The notes below the pieces were generated by a model that made no database searches, was not told the DNA's origin, and saw only the letters and a program-made list of their open reading frames with translations. Of a stretch of 57,283 nucleotides of DNA, positions 25,002 to 34,316 are shown piece by piece. The DNA comes from a virus (lineage: Duplodnaviria; Caudoviricetes). Positions within the stretch are counted from its first letter, which is position 1, and every line of letters begins with the position of its first letter. The stretch spans positions 1 through 57,283 of IMG/VR virus record IMGVR_UViG_3300017914_001352; one strand, written 5' to 3'. The translations under genes and the position numbers were made by a program.

Positions 25002-25769
25002 ATGTGTAATTCAAACCAGCCGATAGAAGTCGGCACAGTTGTCAAGTTCAAGATTTGGGACACCGAGAAAGATGGTCAAGGGATCGGGGTAATTCTAGAA
25101 AGCAAACCTAGATTAGGTTACGAAACAATCTACCGAGTTCACTTCAAAAGGTTCCCGGAACTAGTGTACCAAAAAGGTGACCCTACCGAACTCACCATTT
25201 CTCAAAGCGATATCAAGGAAGTCCTAGAGACTGGACCTCGCCTATGTAGTGTAACACACAAGCCTATGATTGGAGGCTATGTGTGGGACAATGGTATACA
25301 CTACTGTTGTGATGATGATGACATCATGATCAGAGAGATAACCGAAGACTTAAATGTCCAAGACTCTTTTTGGAGTGAGGAAGATAAGAAGCGCATCCTA
25401 GGTGCGGAAAATATCATTCACGAATACTTTGATGTGTGTGAAGAGAATGACCTTGATTTCTACTACACGGAATGGGATTTAGAAAGTGAGGTGCGTGATG
25501 GTCAAGGATGGTTCTTGATGAATAATGAAGATGATGATAAAGATATCTTTAAAGTGTTTGATAGAGAGCTTATAGAAAAAGCCTTTGAGGACATTGATAA
25601 TGATTCTGATCCTATAGGATACGATGATGAACTCACTTCGGAGCGCATGGAGGAAATCTCCAACACCGAAGGAGCGGAAGATATCGAGTGTGAGGACTGT
25701 GGTCATATCAATACCCACGATACCGATAAGTCTGGATTTTGTGTAGAATGTTTAAACCACATAGTATGA
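25002..25769 (+). CDS. Very acidic early protein with SH3-like N-terminus and C-terminal Zn ribbon
   Basis: IEVGTVVKF..G.GVI; CEDC...CVEC; D/E-rich. Confidence 0.6.
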   Translation: MCNSNQPIEVGTVVKFKIWDTEKDGQGIGVILESKPRLGYETIYRVHFKRFPELVYQKGDPTELTISQSDIKEVLETGPRLCSVTHKPMIGGYVWDNGIHYCCDDDDIMIREITEDLNVQDSFWSEEDKKRILGAENIIHEYFDVCEENDLDFYYTEWDLESEVRDGQGWFLMNNEDDDKDIFKVFDRELIEKAFEDIDNDSDPIGYDDELTSERMEEISNTEGAEDIECEDCGHINTHDTDKSGFCVECLNHIV

Positions 25770-25975
25770 GTAGAGAGTATAGAGAAATAAGAACCGCTCA
25801 CGCACATGTAGAAGCGGTCGTAAAGATTAAGGTGAAGGGTCGTGTCGACCTAGACCTTTTTGAAGCCGAGGAATTCCTCATTGATATGATGAGCATCGGC
25901 GAGTTTGAAGTGTTGGAATACGGCGATGAGTTCGTTGAATTAACGGACGAGGATGTCGAAATTGATGAGTTTTGA
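25766..25975 (+). CDS. Small acidic hypothetical protein (likely start MSREYRE)
   Basis: ORF track 25739..25975. Confidence 0.55.
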   Translation: MSREYREIRTAHAHVEAVVKIKVKGRVDLDLFEAEEFLIDMMSIGEFEVLEYGDEFVELTDEDVEIDEF

Positions 25976-25976
25976 T

Positions 25977-26135
25977 ATGACTGATCAAGAGCGTAAGGAA
26001 TTGGAACAAGCGTTAGCCTATTTGGATGATGCTTGTTTCATGTTTTCTATGAGAGAGAATGCCCTTTACATCGATAAGATGAAAGCGGTGAAGCGAGTAT
26101 TAATTAACTTAAAAGAGAGAGCGTATGGCGAGTAA
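25977..26135 (+). CDS. Small hypothetical protein (likely start MTDQERKE)
   Basis: ORF track 25953..26135. Confidence 0.5.
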   Translation: MTDQERKELEQALAYLDDACFMFSMRENALYIDKMKAVKRVLINLKERAYGE

Positions 26136-26496
26136 AAACCTCACCCAAAAGATTCTTGAGTTTATCAAAACCGAGAAGCCTGAACAACTAATTCAAATAC
26201 AATCCTATATACGAGCGGTCAATGGTTCAGGCGTGACCAAGCTCAAGGGATATTACTCCTCCAACATCTCAAGGCTGGTGGACAACGGACTGTTAGAGAA
26301 GAGGTCTCGTGGTATATACGAGGTGACTGATCTAGGAGAACTATACATCGATGATAGAAGAAAGGCTCAAAAGATTATTCGAGGTAATCGTGATTCAATT
26401 AGAATTCAAAGAGCCATTCAAAAGATTGATGAGATAAGAGAAGGTATTCTTCTTGGTGAGTTTCAAGAAGGAGATGAGATAACCATAAAGATGTAG
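26125..26496 (+). CDS. Winged-helix (Mrr-N-like) protein
   Basis: GYYSSNISRLVDNGLLEKRSRGIYEVTDLG. Confidence 0.65.
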   Translation: MASKNLTQKILEFIKTEKPEQLIQIQSYIRAVNGSGVTKLKGYYSSNISRLVDNGLLEKRSRGIYEVTDLGELYIDDRRKAQKIIRGNRDSIRIQRAIQKIDEIREGILLGEFQEGDEITIKM

Positions 26497-26498
26497 TC

Positions 26499-26660
26499 AT
26501 GGATTTAAACGAGATCAATAGACATCGTGAGAAGGTCGAAAAGGAACTTCACGCTAAACTAGTGAGAGCCGGGGATGAACAACTAAACTATTTGGTTTAT
26601 AGTCTATCGGCTATCTCTAGGGAACTACAAAGACTTGCACAAGAGTCTGGATTAAAGTAA
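26499..26660 (+). CDS. 53-aa hypothetical protein MDLNEINRHREK...
   Basis: Hand translation; fills the operon gap. Confidence 0.5.
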   Translation: MDLNEINRHREKVEKELHAKLVRAGDEQLNYLVYSLSAISRELQRLAQESGLK

Positions 26661-26687
26661 ATTGCATAATAATTAAATTTAATAACT

Positions 26688-27218
26688 ATGGTAAAGCACC
26701 AATTCAAAACCACGAACATTCGTGGTAAGGAGTATGTTGAAGTAAATCAGCGTATCCTTTATTTCCGCACCGCTCAAGAGTACAAAGGGTGGGCATTAGA
26801 AACCGAGATGGTTCACTTGGACAACGATTCTTGTGTGATCAGAGCGGTTATCCGAAACGAGAACGGAGAGGCAGTCGCCACAGGCTTCGCTCAAGAAGAC
26901 CGAACAAGTTCTCATATCAACAAGACTTCTTATGTAGAAAACTGCGAGACCTCGGCATGGGGTCGTGCCTTGGCTAACCTAGGCATCGGTATTGAGTCTT
27001 CTATTGCATCAAGTAATGAGGTGTCAATGGCTATTGCAAAACAAGAGAAATCCCCTAATAGTGAGAGCGCAACTCCAAAAAAGAATGTCTTCAAGGATGC
27101 CGTTGAGTACATCAAGAAATCTAAAGACAAGAGCGGAGCGTACGATCGGGTAATCGGTAAGTACGGAGAACAGTTTACTGAAAAGCAGGTTCAAGCCCTA
27201 CAAAAATTCGTAGGCTAA
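26688..27218 (+). CDS. Rad52/Sak-like single-strand annealing protein
   Basis: IRGKEYVEVNQRI...ATGFAQE...ENCETSAWGRALANLGIG; next to an exonuclease. Confidence 0.7.
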   Translation: MVKHQFKTTNIRGKEYVEVNQRILYFRTAQEYKGWALETEMVHLDNDSCVIRAVIRNENGEAVATGFAQEDRTSSHINKTSYVENCETSAWGRALANLGIGIESSIASSNEVSMAIAKQEKSPNSESATPKKNVFKDAVEYIKKSKDKSGAYDRVIGKYGEQFTEKQVQALQKFVG

Positions 27219-27985
27219 TGGAGTTCGCTAATCAACTAGTAGATAAAGTGGGGAAGGAATACCTTTCCTACTCATCAATAAAGTATGCCCTCCAAGACAT
27301 GCGCCTATGGGAGATGTATATGGCGGGTCAACTTAAGAAAGAGTCTCAAGCACTTTATTTTGGATCAGTGTATGATTGTCTTTTGTTTGAGCCTGAAAAG
27401 TACGAGGAGCGGTTCGCTACTTTTGATGACCATGAAATCGTAGCCGAGATCGGAGGAGCCAAGCCACGCACTACCCTAAAGTATAAGAAGTGGAAGAAGG
27501 ATATGGAGACTTTTGCCGATACCAATAACTTACAACTCGTAAGTGAAGAGGACTTTGCTATGGCTATCGATATGATAAATAGGTTGGATGAGACTGGTCT
27601 CAAGGACTCGTATCTTACGGGTGAGGTACAAGTTGAATTCAACTCTTTTATTGGTGAGATACCCGTTCGTGGTTTCTTGGATGTAAAGGGTGATGGATTC
27701 ATAACGGATAGTAAAAGTTGTAGATCAGTCAAGAGCTTTGGTCGAGACATATTCTCTTTTGGGTACGACATCCAAGCCTACATCTACACCTCGGTGTTTC
27801 CTGGTAATGATTACTATTGGGTTGCACAAGAGAAAAGTTATCCATATCTTCCAGCGTTAGTTAAGGCAACGCCTGAAACTCTAGAGAGAGGAAAAGGTAA
27901 GTTTGAACTTGCTATCAATAGAATTATGAGTTACCTTGATAGTGATGTTTCAACCGAAACTTTCTTCGCAGAATTTGAAGTTTAA
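27218..27985 (+). CDS. PD-(D/E)XK exonuclease (RecE/ExoVIII, DUF3799-like)
   Basis: LSYSSIK, FGSVYD, RGFLD...ITDSKS, YDIQAYIY, AQEKSYPY. Confidence 0.8.
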   Translation: MEFANQLVDKVGKEYLSYSSIKYALQDMRLWEMYMAGQLKKESQALYFGSVYDCLLFEPEKYEERFATFDDHEIVAEIGGAKPRTTLKYKKWKKDMETFADTNNLQLVSEEDFAMAIDMINRLDETGLKDSYLTGEVQVEFNSFIGEIPVRGFLDVKGDGFITDSKSCRSVKSFGRDIFSFGYDIQAYIYTSVFPGNDYYWVAQEKSYPYLPALVKATPETLERGKGKFELAINRIMSYLDSDVSTETFFAEFEV

Positions 27986-28002
27986 TTTAAATCTATATTG
28001 TC

Positions 28003-28281
28003 ATGTCAGAGAAAAAGTATGATTCAGACTTGATCGGGTTTGTTGACGAACCCAAGCGTACCGAGAACGGCGACATTCGTTCTTGGCGTATTTCCTTAAG
28101 TGCAACCCACCTTGAAGACTTGCAAAAGTACAAGACCGAGAAGGGTTATGTTTACCTAACACTATTCTTTAGTCGTGCGGGTAAGCCAATGGCTAGTGTA
28201 TACAATCCTCATAGCGAGGCTACGAAAGAGTATACTAGCAACAACAAAAAAGAAGCGGTGGCGGATGACCTACCATTCTGA
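28003..28281 (+). CDS. Probable single-stranded DNA-binding protein
   Basis: Small beta protein with SSB-type acidic tail DDLPF; follows the recombination pair. Confidence 0.6.
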   Translation: MSEKKYDSDLIGFVDEPKRTENGDIRSWRISLSATHLEDLQKYKTEKGYVYLTLFFSRAGKPMASVYNPHSEATKEYTSNNKKEAVADDLPF

Positions 28282-28615
28282 TCTTAAGGAAAAGATTTTC
28301 CTTGTGATTGCTATGAGTTGGGGGTTGAGGGTCGATGATTCTTCGACCCCCTTTTTTCATACTACCAAGGATAATAAGAAGAACAGTTTTTGGATAGAGA
28401 TACAAAATCATAGGGATTCGGAACTCGATCTTGAGATACCCCAAGCGGATGTAGACTTTGGGATTGTAGTGATACCGAATAAAAGGGGAGACAATCTTAT
28501 CCTCTTTAAATATCAGGAGTTAATCGACTTGCCTGATCACACCTTTGAAACTCTCGCATCCAAGTTAATTTACAAAGAGAGGATTGATATTACCCATGAA
28601 GATAAATCAACTTGA
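28262..28615 (+). CDS. Hypothetical protein (start uncertain)
   Basis: ORF track 28175..28615. Confidence 0.5.
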   Translation, partial: RMTYHSDLKEKIFLVIAMSWGLRVDDSSTPFFHTTKDNKKNSFWIEIQNHRDSELDLEIPQADVDFGIVVIPNKRGDNLILFKYQELIDLPDHTFETLASKLIYKERIDITHEDKST

Positions 28616-29657
28616 CTTGTTTAGTGGTATCGGTGGCTTCCATAAAGGATTTGAGAAAGCCGGGTACGAAGTGACAAGTTACTTTTCAGAGATAGATAAG
28701 TATGCCGTAGCGGTATACCAACACCAATTTAAATCATCAACTTATGTCGGATCAGTTACAGATGTTCGAGGAGAAGACCTCCCACGAATCGACCTCATCA
28801 CTTTTGGAAGTCCATGCCAGGACTTCAGCCTTGCTGGGAAGCGGAAAGGAATGGATGGGGAACGCTCAAGCCTTATACTTGAAGCAATACGGCTTATCAA
28901 ACAATGCAGACCACGAGTTTTTATTTGGGAGAATGTTAAAGGAACTTTCTCCTCAAATGCTGGGGCAGATTTTGCGGGAATCCTCCAAGAGTTTGCCGAC
29001 CTTGGGATATATGACTGCGAATGGAAATTGTGCAATAGCTCGTGGTTTTTACCCCAAAATCGTGAGAGACTGTACCTTGTCGGATATCTTGCAGAAACCC
29101 GAAGAGATTGGCGAGGAGTATTTCCTCTCGGAGAAACAAGTGGAGAGCATGTCGAGGTGGAATGCACAGGAAGACCCGTTAGCAAAACGCTTACGGCAAG
29201 AGGTCAAGCCACCCTCCACTCCGGGATGCAACTCGTAGAAATGGTAACGCCAAAGGTTAGTAATTACGCTCCAAGAGAAATAAGTTTTAAGGACGAGTCC
29301 CCAACACTACTCGCTCGTGATTACAAAGACCCAAAGGTAGTGAGTTATAGTCGTGATCAGAAGGGAGAGATTGTAAATCGCAGCCTCAAGGACGAAGCCA
29401 ATACTATTCACGGAAGTACCGGGAGCGGTGGTAACACTGATCAATACATTAAGTACGGAAAAATCCGTAGGCTTACTCCAATAGAGTGTGAAAGACTTCA
29501 AGGATTTCCAGACAACCATACCCAATACGGAGTCTTTGATGGTGAGGTAAAGGAGATAAGCAAGACACAACGATATAAACAGTGCGGTAATGCGGTGACT
29601 GTGGATGTAGTCCAAGCCATTGCAGAAAAACTTAAACCTTTATTCAATGGAATATAA
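28596..29657 (+). CDS. dcm: DNA cytosine-C5 methyltransferase (alpha chain)
   Basis: Motifs I FSGIGG, IV GSPCQDFS, VI ENV, VIII QNRER, IX RRLTPIECERLQGF, X YKQCGNAV. Confidence 0.93.
   Translation: MKINQLDLFSGIGGFHKGFEKAGYEVTSYFSEIDKYAVAVYQHQFKSSTYVGSVTDVRGEDLPRIDLITFGSPCQDFSLAGKRKGMDGERSSLILEAIRLIKQCRPRVFIWENVKGTFSSNAGADFAGILQEFADLGIYDCEWKLCNSSWFLPQNRERLYLVGYLAETRRDWRGVFPLGETSGEHVEVECTGRPVSKTLTARGQATLHSGMQLVEMVTPKVSNYAPREISFKDESPTLLARDYKDPKVVSYSRDQKGEIVNRSLKDEANTIHGSTGSGGNTDQYIKYGKIRRLTPIECERLQGFPDNHTQYGVFDGEVKEISKTQRYKQCGNAVTVDVVQAIAEKLKPLFNGI
28744..29238 (+). CDS. Overprinted +1-frame ORF, M.EcoHK31I beta-subunit-like
   Basis: 164-aa ORF wholly inside dcm: MSDQLQMF...STSSLLEVHARTSAL...TLSDILQ...EYFLSEKQ. 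Confidence 0.65.
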   Translation: MSDQLQMFEEKTSHESTSSLLEVHARTSALLGSGKEWMGNAQALYLKQYGLSNNADHEFLFGRMLKELSPQMLGQILRESSKSLPTLGYMTANGNCAIARGFYPKIVRDCTLSDILQKPEEIGEEYFLSEKQVESMSRWNAQEDPLAKRLRQEVKPPSTPGCNS

Positions 29658-29997
29658 TTTAGAAGATGTGCCTTCATACTATATAGGGAAGCACAAGAAG
29701 ATCGAAGCCATGGATGTTGTTCTAGACTTTCAACACGACAACTATAACCTTGGAACCGCTCTCACATATATCATGAGGGCAGGGAAAAAGGATGGGAATC
29801 CAATGAGCCAAGACATCACCAAGGCAATAGTACACCTGAAGAAAGAATTAAAACACCAACTATCTCTAGAACACAATGAAAGAAGTAACGATATATCAAA
29901 ACATATACCAGAAGGATCAGCCATTCCACAAAGATATTTCAGTAGCACTACAGCGAATACAAGAGGGGAAGAGCAAGGAACTAATCGAGAAGATTAG
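29647..29997 (+). CDS. DUF3310-like protein
   Basis: PSYY...IEAMDVV...YNLGTALTYIMRAGKK...QDITKAIVHL. Confidence 0.75.
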   Translation: MEYNLEDVPSYYIGKHKKIEAMDVVLDFQHDNYNLGTALTYIMRAGKKDGNPMSQDITKAIVHLKKELKHQLSLEHNERSNDISKHIPEGSAIPQRYFSSTTANTRGEEQGTNRED

Positions 29998-31729
29998 GGA
30001 CACGAAGGATAGCAAGAAAAAGTCCGAGCTTAAAAACCAACTTCCATGTGTGTTGTGGAGCGGTGTATTTACTATACGAAAAGACAACGGATTGGTAGAC
30101 CATAGTGGTTTTATATGTTTAGACTTTGACCATATTGACATTCAAAAAAACAAGGGAGTTATTGCTACCGATCAGCATGTATATGCATGTTGGGTGTCTC
30201 CAAGTGGAGACGGAATCAAAGCCTTGGTAAGAGTCACTAACCCCGAAAGACATCGTGACCACTTCAATGCACTCGAAAAGTATTTCGACAAAACCTATGG
30301 GCTAGAGGTAGACCCAACAGGTAAGAATGAATCACGAGCTTGTTATGAAAGTTATGACCCGGACCTGATCATCAATACCGATTGCGTGAAGTTTGGTTCG
30401 TTCTATAGTGAGGAAGCCCTCAAAGAAAAGAAGAACGAGAAGCCTGTAGAAAGAAAACCTATAACGGACTATGTAAAGTTCAACCTCGTAGCAACAATGA
30501 TTGCAAATGCTCTCGATGGCGAGAAGCATAATGTACTGCTTCGTGCATCACGATTGTGTGGTGGATACATCGCAGCAGGTCGGATGGAAGAGGATGAAGC
30601 AATACATGTTCTTGAAAGAGAGATTAGCAAAAGAGATATCAATTCAATCGAGTCGGCAAGAGAGACCATCCGCACCGGGATTGAATACGGAAAGGGGCTA
30701 CCCATCAACGAGGTGATAGCCCTGGAGAAGATGTCCAAGCGCAAGTCTAATGTAGATGACGGCGACTATTCTTTTATCTCTTCGGATAGCGATGACTTTA
30801 AATGGATTAACTCTTACGCCGAAGGAAACATTGAGATTGGGTTATCTCTTGGTGATGACTACCTTGATGAATACTTTAGATACAAGAAAGAGTTTGTTAT
30901 TCTAAATGGGCATAGCAATGTAGGGAAGACAACCTTTTGTTTGTTCCTCATGGTGAACAGTAGTATCCACCACGGATGGAAGTGGTGTGTGTATAGTTCC
31001 GAGAACACTACGGCTTCGGTTAAGATGAAGCTCATGGAATTCGCTATCGATAGACCTATCGGTGACATGAGTTATGCACAACGCAAACATGCATACGAGT
31101 GGGTCAAAGACCACTTCATTATCTATGGTAACCGAGACATGTACTCTTACACCGACATACTTATATTCACCGAGAAGTGTATGAAGCAAGGGAGAGTTGA
31201 TGCTTTGTTTATTGACCCTTACAATAGTCTTAAGATTCAAATAGGATCAGAGAACAAGATCGGTATACATGAGTACCACTACGAGGCAGCAAGTGAACTG
31301 CTCAACTTTGCAAACAACAATGAGATTGCGGTATGGTTGAACACTCACGCTGTAACCGAAGCCCAAAGGAGAAAGGATGCTATGGGTCTACCTATCGCTC
31401 CGTATGCAGAAGACAGTGAGCATGGTGGTAAGTGGGTGAATCGTTGTTCAGGATTCTTGACAATACATAGAAAGGTACAAGCAGAAGACCCTATCACTCG
31501 GAGGACTACCGAACTACATGTTCGAAAGATTCGGGTGACGGAGACGGGGGGTCAGCCCACCCCCCTCTCTTCTCCTATTGAATTCGAAATCAACTCACAA
31601 AAAACTGGTTTCTATATTGTGCAAGGTGCGGAGCGAAGAAGAATGTTTGAACCAATATCACAACAATTCAAGGAATACAAGAAGTATGATGTTCCAAAGA
31701 TGAATCTTGAAGATGGATTTGCATTATGA
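29876..31729 (+). CDS. Primase-helicase (BT4734/VirE N-terminal primase + SF4 helicase)
   Basis: KNQLP...SGFICLDFDH...SPSGDGIK...RACYESYDP; Walker A GHSNVGKT, Walker B FIDPYN. Confidence 0.85.
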   Translation: MKEVTIYQNIYQKDQPFHKDISVALQRIQEGKSKELIEKIRDTKDSKKKSELKNQLPCVLWSGVFTIRKDNGLVDHSGFICLDFDHIDIQKNKGVIATDQHVYACWVSPSGDGIKALVRVTNPERHRDHFNALEKYFDKTYGLEVDPTGKNESRACYESYDPDLIINTDCVKFGSFYSEEALKEKKNEKPVERKPITDYVKFNLVATMIANALDGEKHNVLLRASRLCGGYIAAGRMEEDEAIHVLEREISKRDINSIESARETIRTGIEYGKGLPINEVIALEKMSKRKSNVDDGDYSFISSDSDDFKWINSYAEGNIEIGLSLGDDYLDEYFRYKKEFVILNGHSNVGKTTFCLFLMVNSSIHHGWKWCVYSSENTTASVKMKLMEFAIDRPIGDMSYAQRKHAYEWVKDHFIIYGNRDMYSYTDILIFTEKCMKQGRVDALFIDPYNSLKIQIGSENKIGIHEYHYEAASELLNFANNNEIAVWLNTHAVTEAQRRKDAMGLPIAPYAEDSEHGGKWVNRCSGFLTIHRKVQAEDPITRRTTELHVRKIRVTETGGQPTPLSSPIEFEINSQKTGFYIVQGAERRRMFEPISQQFKEYKKYDVPKMNLEDGFAL

Positions 31730-32166
31730 GAAAGAAGAAAAGAGGAGCAGTCAATAGTAAGAAGAGTGTATACAATGGTATCACCTTCCAATCAAAACTA
31801 GAGTTGTACTGCTACAAGAAACTCAAAGAAGCAGGCATAGACTTTCAATATGAAGAGAACACCTACGAGATATTCCCTGGCTTCAAACATAAGGGGAGGT
31901 ATGGTAAGAAGGCTTCACGAGGATTTGGTATCAAAGAGAACCGAGTGATCAGAGCGGTAACATACACTCCCGATTTTGTGAGCGACACCCATAAGTTTAT
32001 TATTGAAACCAAGGGGTATGTGCCTAGCCAACATAGTTTCCCTTTAAGGTTTAAGATGTTCCTGCACTATTGTCAACAAAATGGGATGAGCGATTACGCC
32101 ATCTACATACCTAGTAATCAAGCACAAGTAGACCAAGTCGTTCAAGATATTGTTAATAACTCCTAG
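31726..32166 (+). CDS. Endonuclease I-like / DUF1064 PD-(D/E)XK nuclease (possible resolvase)
   Basis: FQSKLE...YE...YTPDF...IIETKG. Confidence 0.75.
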   Translation: MRKKKRGAVNSKKSVYNGITFQSKLELYCYKKLKEAGIDFQYEENTYEIFPGFKHKGRYGKKASRGFGIKENRVIRAVTYTPDFVSDTHKFIIETKGYVPSQHSFPLRFKMFLHYCQQNGMSDYAIYIPSNQAQVDQVVQDIVNNS

Positions 32167-32220
32167 TCTACACAATTTAGATTGTCATAGTAGTTGACTA
32201 TTTTTTATATATCAACTGCC

Positions 32221-32436
32221 ATGGATTCTAAAGAACTAGGAAAATACTACCATCTTGCTTGTGAGAATGCTCACCAAGAACTTGATGCGCTATATGAAAA
32301 GCTCTTTGATAACAACGGCAATCCAGTTGAGAGTCAAGAGAAGATAGTGTCGATATTGCAATCGACCACTCAAAGGATAAGGCTCGAACTGGAGATAATC
32401 AAATCTTCTCTTCAAGAGTTTAATGAGTCTTCATAG
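32221..32436 (+). CDS. Hypothetical protein (likely start MDSKELG)
   Basis: ORF track 32194..32436. Confidence 0.55.
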   Translation: MDSKELGKYYHLACENAHQELDALYEKLFDNNGNPVESQEKIVSILQSTTQRIRLELEIIKSSLQEFNESS

Positions 32437-32755
32437 ATGTAGTAAATGCACCAAGAATAAACCTGCCGATCAGTTTCATAGAAGCAACACACGACCGCAA
32501 GGTGTACAAAGATATTGTAAGGAGTGTAAGAAGAAGATCGACACCACTCGTAAGAAACTGTATTATGTATACTACCTACCTAGAGAACGCTATGTAGGTA
32601 TGACCAAGCATGTTACCAAGCGGATGCAAAGACATCGTGAGCGTGGTAAAGATACTAGAGGATATCGAATTATGCTGTCGACAAAGAATGTGAAGGCAGC
32701 CCATTTGTTTGAAAGCCTCCTCCACTTATTCGGATTTAAGGGGTTTAGATACTAA
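32423..32755 (+). CDS. Zn-finger + GIY-YIG-like nuclease
   Basis: CSKC...CKEC; YYVYYL...YVGMT...RMQRH. Confidence 0.7.
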   Translation: MSLHRCSKCTKNKPADQFHRSNTRPQGVQRYCKECKKKIDTTRKKLYYVYYLPRERYVGMTKHVTKRMQRHRERGKDTRGYRIMLSTKNVKAAHLFESLLHLFGFKGFRY

Positions 32756-33865
32756 CTACTTATTGAGTTTATGTAGCAACTCTTGTGTCCACATCCGATA
32801 GTATTGACCATCTTCCCCAAGTCGATACATATTGAAGTTCGACAAGTCATTGTATTCAGGTTTTAGAACACCTGTGTTTCCTTGACTAAAATTGGGACGA
32901 TACTGGTCACGATACCTTGGTATCAAAGCATCATCTGCTATCTTATTCTTACTCACAAACAAATAGTCTACTCCCGATTTAGCAGTTTTACCTGATCCCT
33001 TGGTAAAAGTGGTTGGGAAAAAAGTTTTATCTCTATTAAAGAACGGAGCGGTTACAGGTTTAGTTAGGTTAAATCCTTTTTCAGGTTTACCTAGTAGTTG
33101 TTTTGCTGCATCATCGGCGTAACTAAAGTCAGGGTTGTTTAGCAAGAATTCTTTTTGACCTTTACTAAAAATCTTACCCTCTTTTAGAGCGTGTTCAAAT
33201 CCTTCTGGACCTACTTGTCTATAAACCTTACCAAGTTCCGCACCTCTATATCTCAACAAACTCTTTACGCCTCTAGCGGACAAATTAAATGCACGACCTA
33301 TTAAAGGAGCGATTTCTGAAAGTACCACAACAGTATCACCAAATTGTTGCGCTTCTTTCTCGGTAATATCCACATTCACGAAACTACTCGCCATAGGGTT
33401 AGTACCAAGCAAGGCTTTCTCAACTGTTCTACCTGCACCCGCTAGAGTTTTGCCGGGGCGAGTTCCAAACCTACGGACACTGTCCATTCCTGTGATTGCT
33501 TCTAGTTCTCTCAAGGTATACCTTGCAGCCTGATCAAATTCACCCATCATATCCGCAGCCTTCTCCTTACCTAGACGGGCTTTCCTTCTCACACCTTCAC
33601 CGATTACACTAGCATCTGTAAAGAACTCTTGTTCTTCGGAAGTGAGTTCACTATAGAAAGGATACTGATCTCTAAACTTTTGACTTGTATTACTTACAGC
33701 AACGGGTTTGTTTGCACCTTGATCGACCACCTCTATAGTATCAAGCATACCATAGTAAAGAGGTTCTTCATTGCCCTTGACCTTATCTGTTTTGCCCCCG
33801 CCTTTATAGCGGACACTCATGCCTTTCTTTTTTTTCTTGCTAGTCTTCATGGTCAAAGTCAACAT
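32756..33865 (-). CDS. Late protein with basic N-terminus and YKGGG tag; probable virion cargo protein
   Basis: ORF track; last gene of the late operon. Confidence 0.6.
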   Translation of the reverse strand: MLTLTMKTSKKKKKGMSVRYKGGGKTDKVKGNEEPLYYGMLDTIEVVDQGANKPVAVSNTSQKFRDQYPFYSELTSEEQEFFTDASVIGEGVRRKARLGKEKAADMMGEFDQAARYTLRELEAITGMDSVRRFGTRPGKTLAGAGRTVEKALLGTNPMASSFVNVDITEKEAQQFGDTVVVLSEIAPLIGRAFNLSARGVKSLLRYRGAELGKVYRQVGPEGFEHALKEGKIFSKGQKEFLLNNPDFSYADDAAKQLLGKPEKGFNLTKPVTAPFFNRDKTFFPTTFTKGSGKTAKSGVDYLFVSKNKIADDALIPRYRDQYRPNFSQGNTGVLKPEYNDLSNFNMYRLGEDGQYYRMWTQELLHKLNK

Positions 33866-34316
33866 ATGTGATGGTCACCTCTTCCCCATCCTCAAGAGCT
33901 TTAGCAATCGGAGGGTAGATTCTTTTATACGCCGCAGTAGAAGAGCCAACGAATCCATCACTATCACCAAAGTTGATTTTTTGAGTATCACCAACAAGGA
34001 GACACCCAGCAGTATGTTCATCAGTATTACCAGTGTGAATAAGAATCCACTTAAAGTTAGGTACTTCACGAACCCATAACATTCCTTTGTGCATCTCCCC
34101 ATACCTCTTTGTGTATTTAGCATGATGCCCACCTGTGGTTCGTAGAGTAATCTTGTAGGTTCCCGCCGGGACTCTTGTCTCGGACATCACCTTTACATCT
34201 CTATGCTCGTCCTCTAAAGTATAGCAAAGAAATTTGCGTTGACCATCGGTAACATCAAACAATAATCCGTTAGTGCTATCCGCTTCACTACTAAATCGTA
34301 ATACTTCTAATTCCAT
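33840..34316 (-). CDS. DUF5675-family putative endolysin
   Basis: STNGLL...CYTLED...VPAGTY...VPNFKWILIHTGNTDEHTAGCLLVG; adjacent to the holin. Confidence 0.8.
   Translation of the reverse strand: MELEVLRFSSEADSTNGLLFDVTDGQRKFLCYTLEDEHRDVKVMSETRVPAGTYKITLRTTGGHHAKYTKRYGEMHKGMLWVREVPNFKWILIHTGNTDEHTAGCLLVGDTQKINFGDSDGFVGSSTAAYKRIYPPIAKALEDGEEVTITYVDFDHED

Noticed and set aside
28742-29231. Minus-strand ORFs inside dcm
   Set aside because: Antisense shadows with no motif content, unlike the +1 sense-frame ORF
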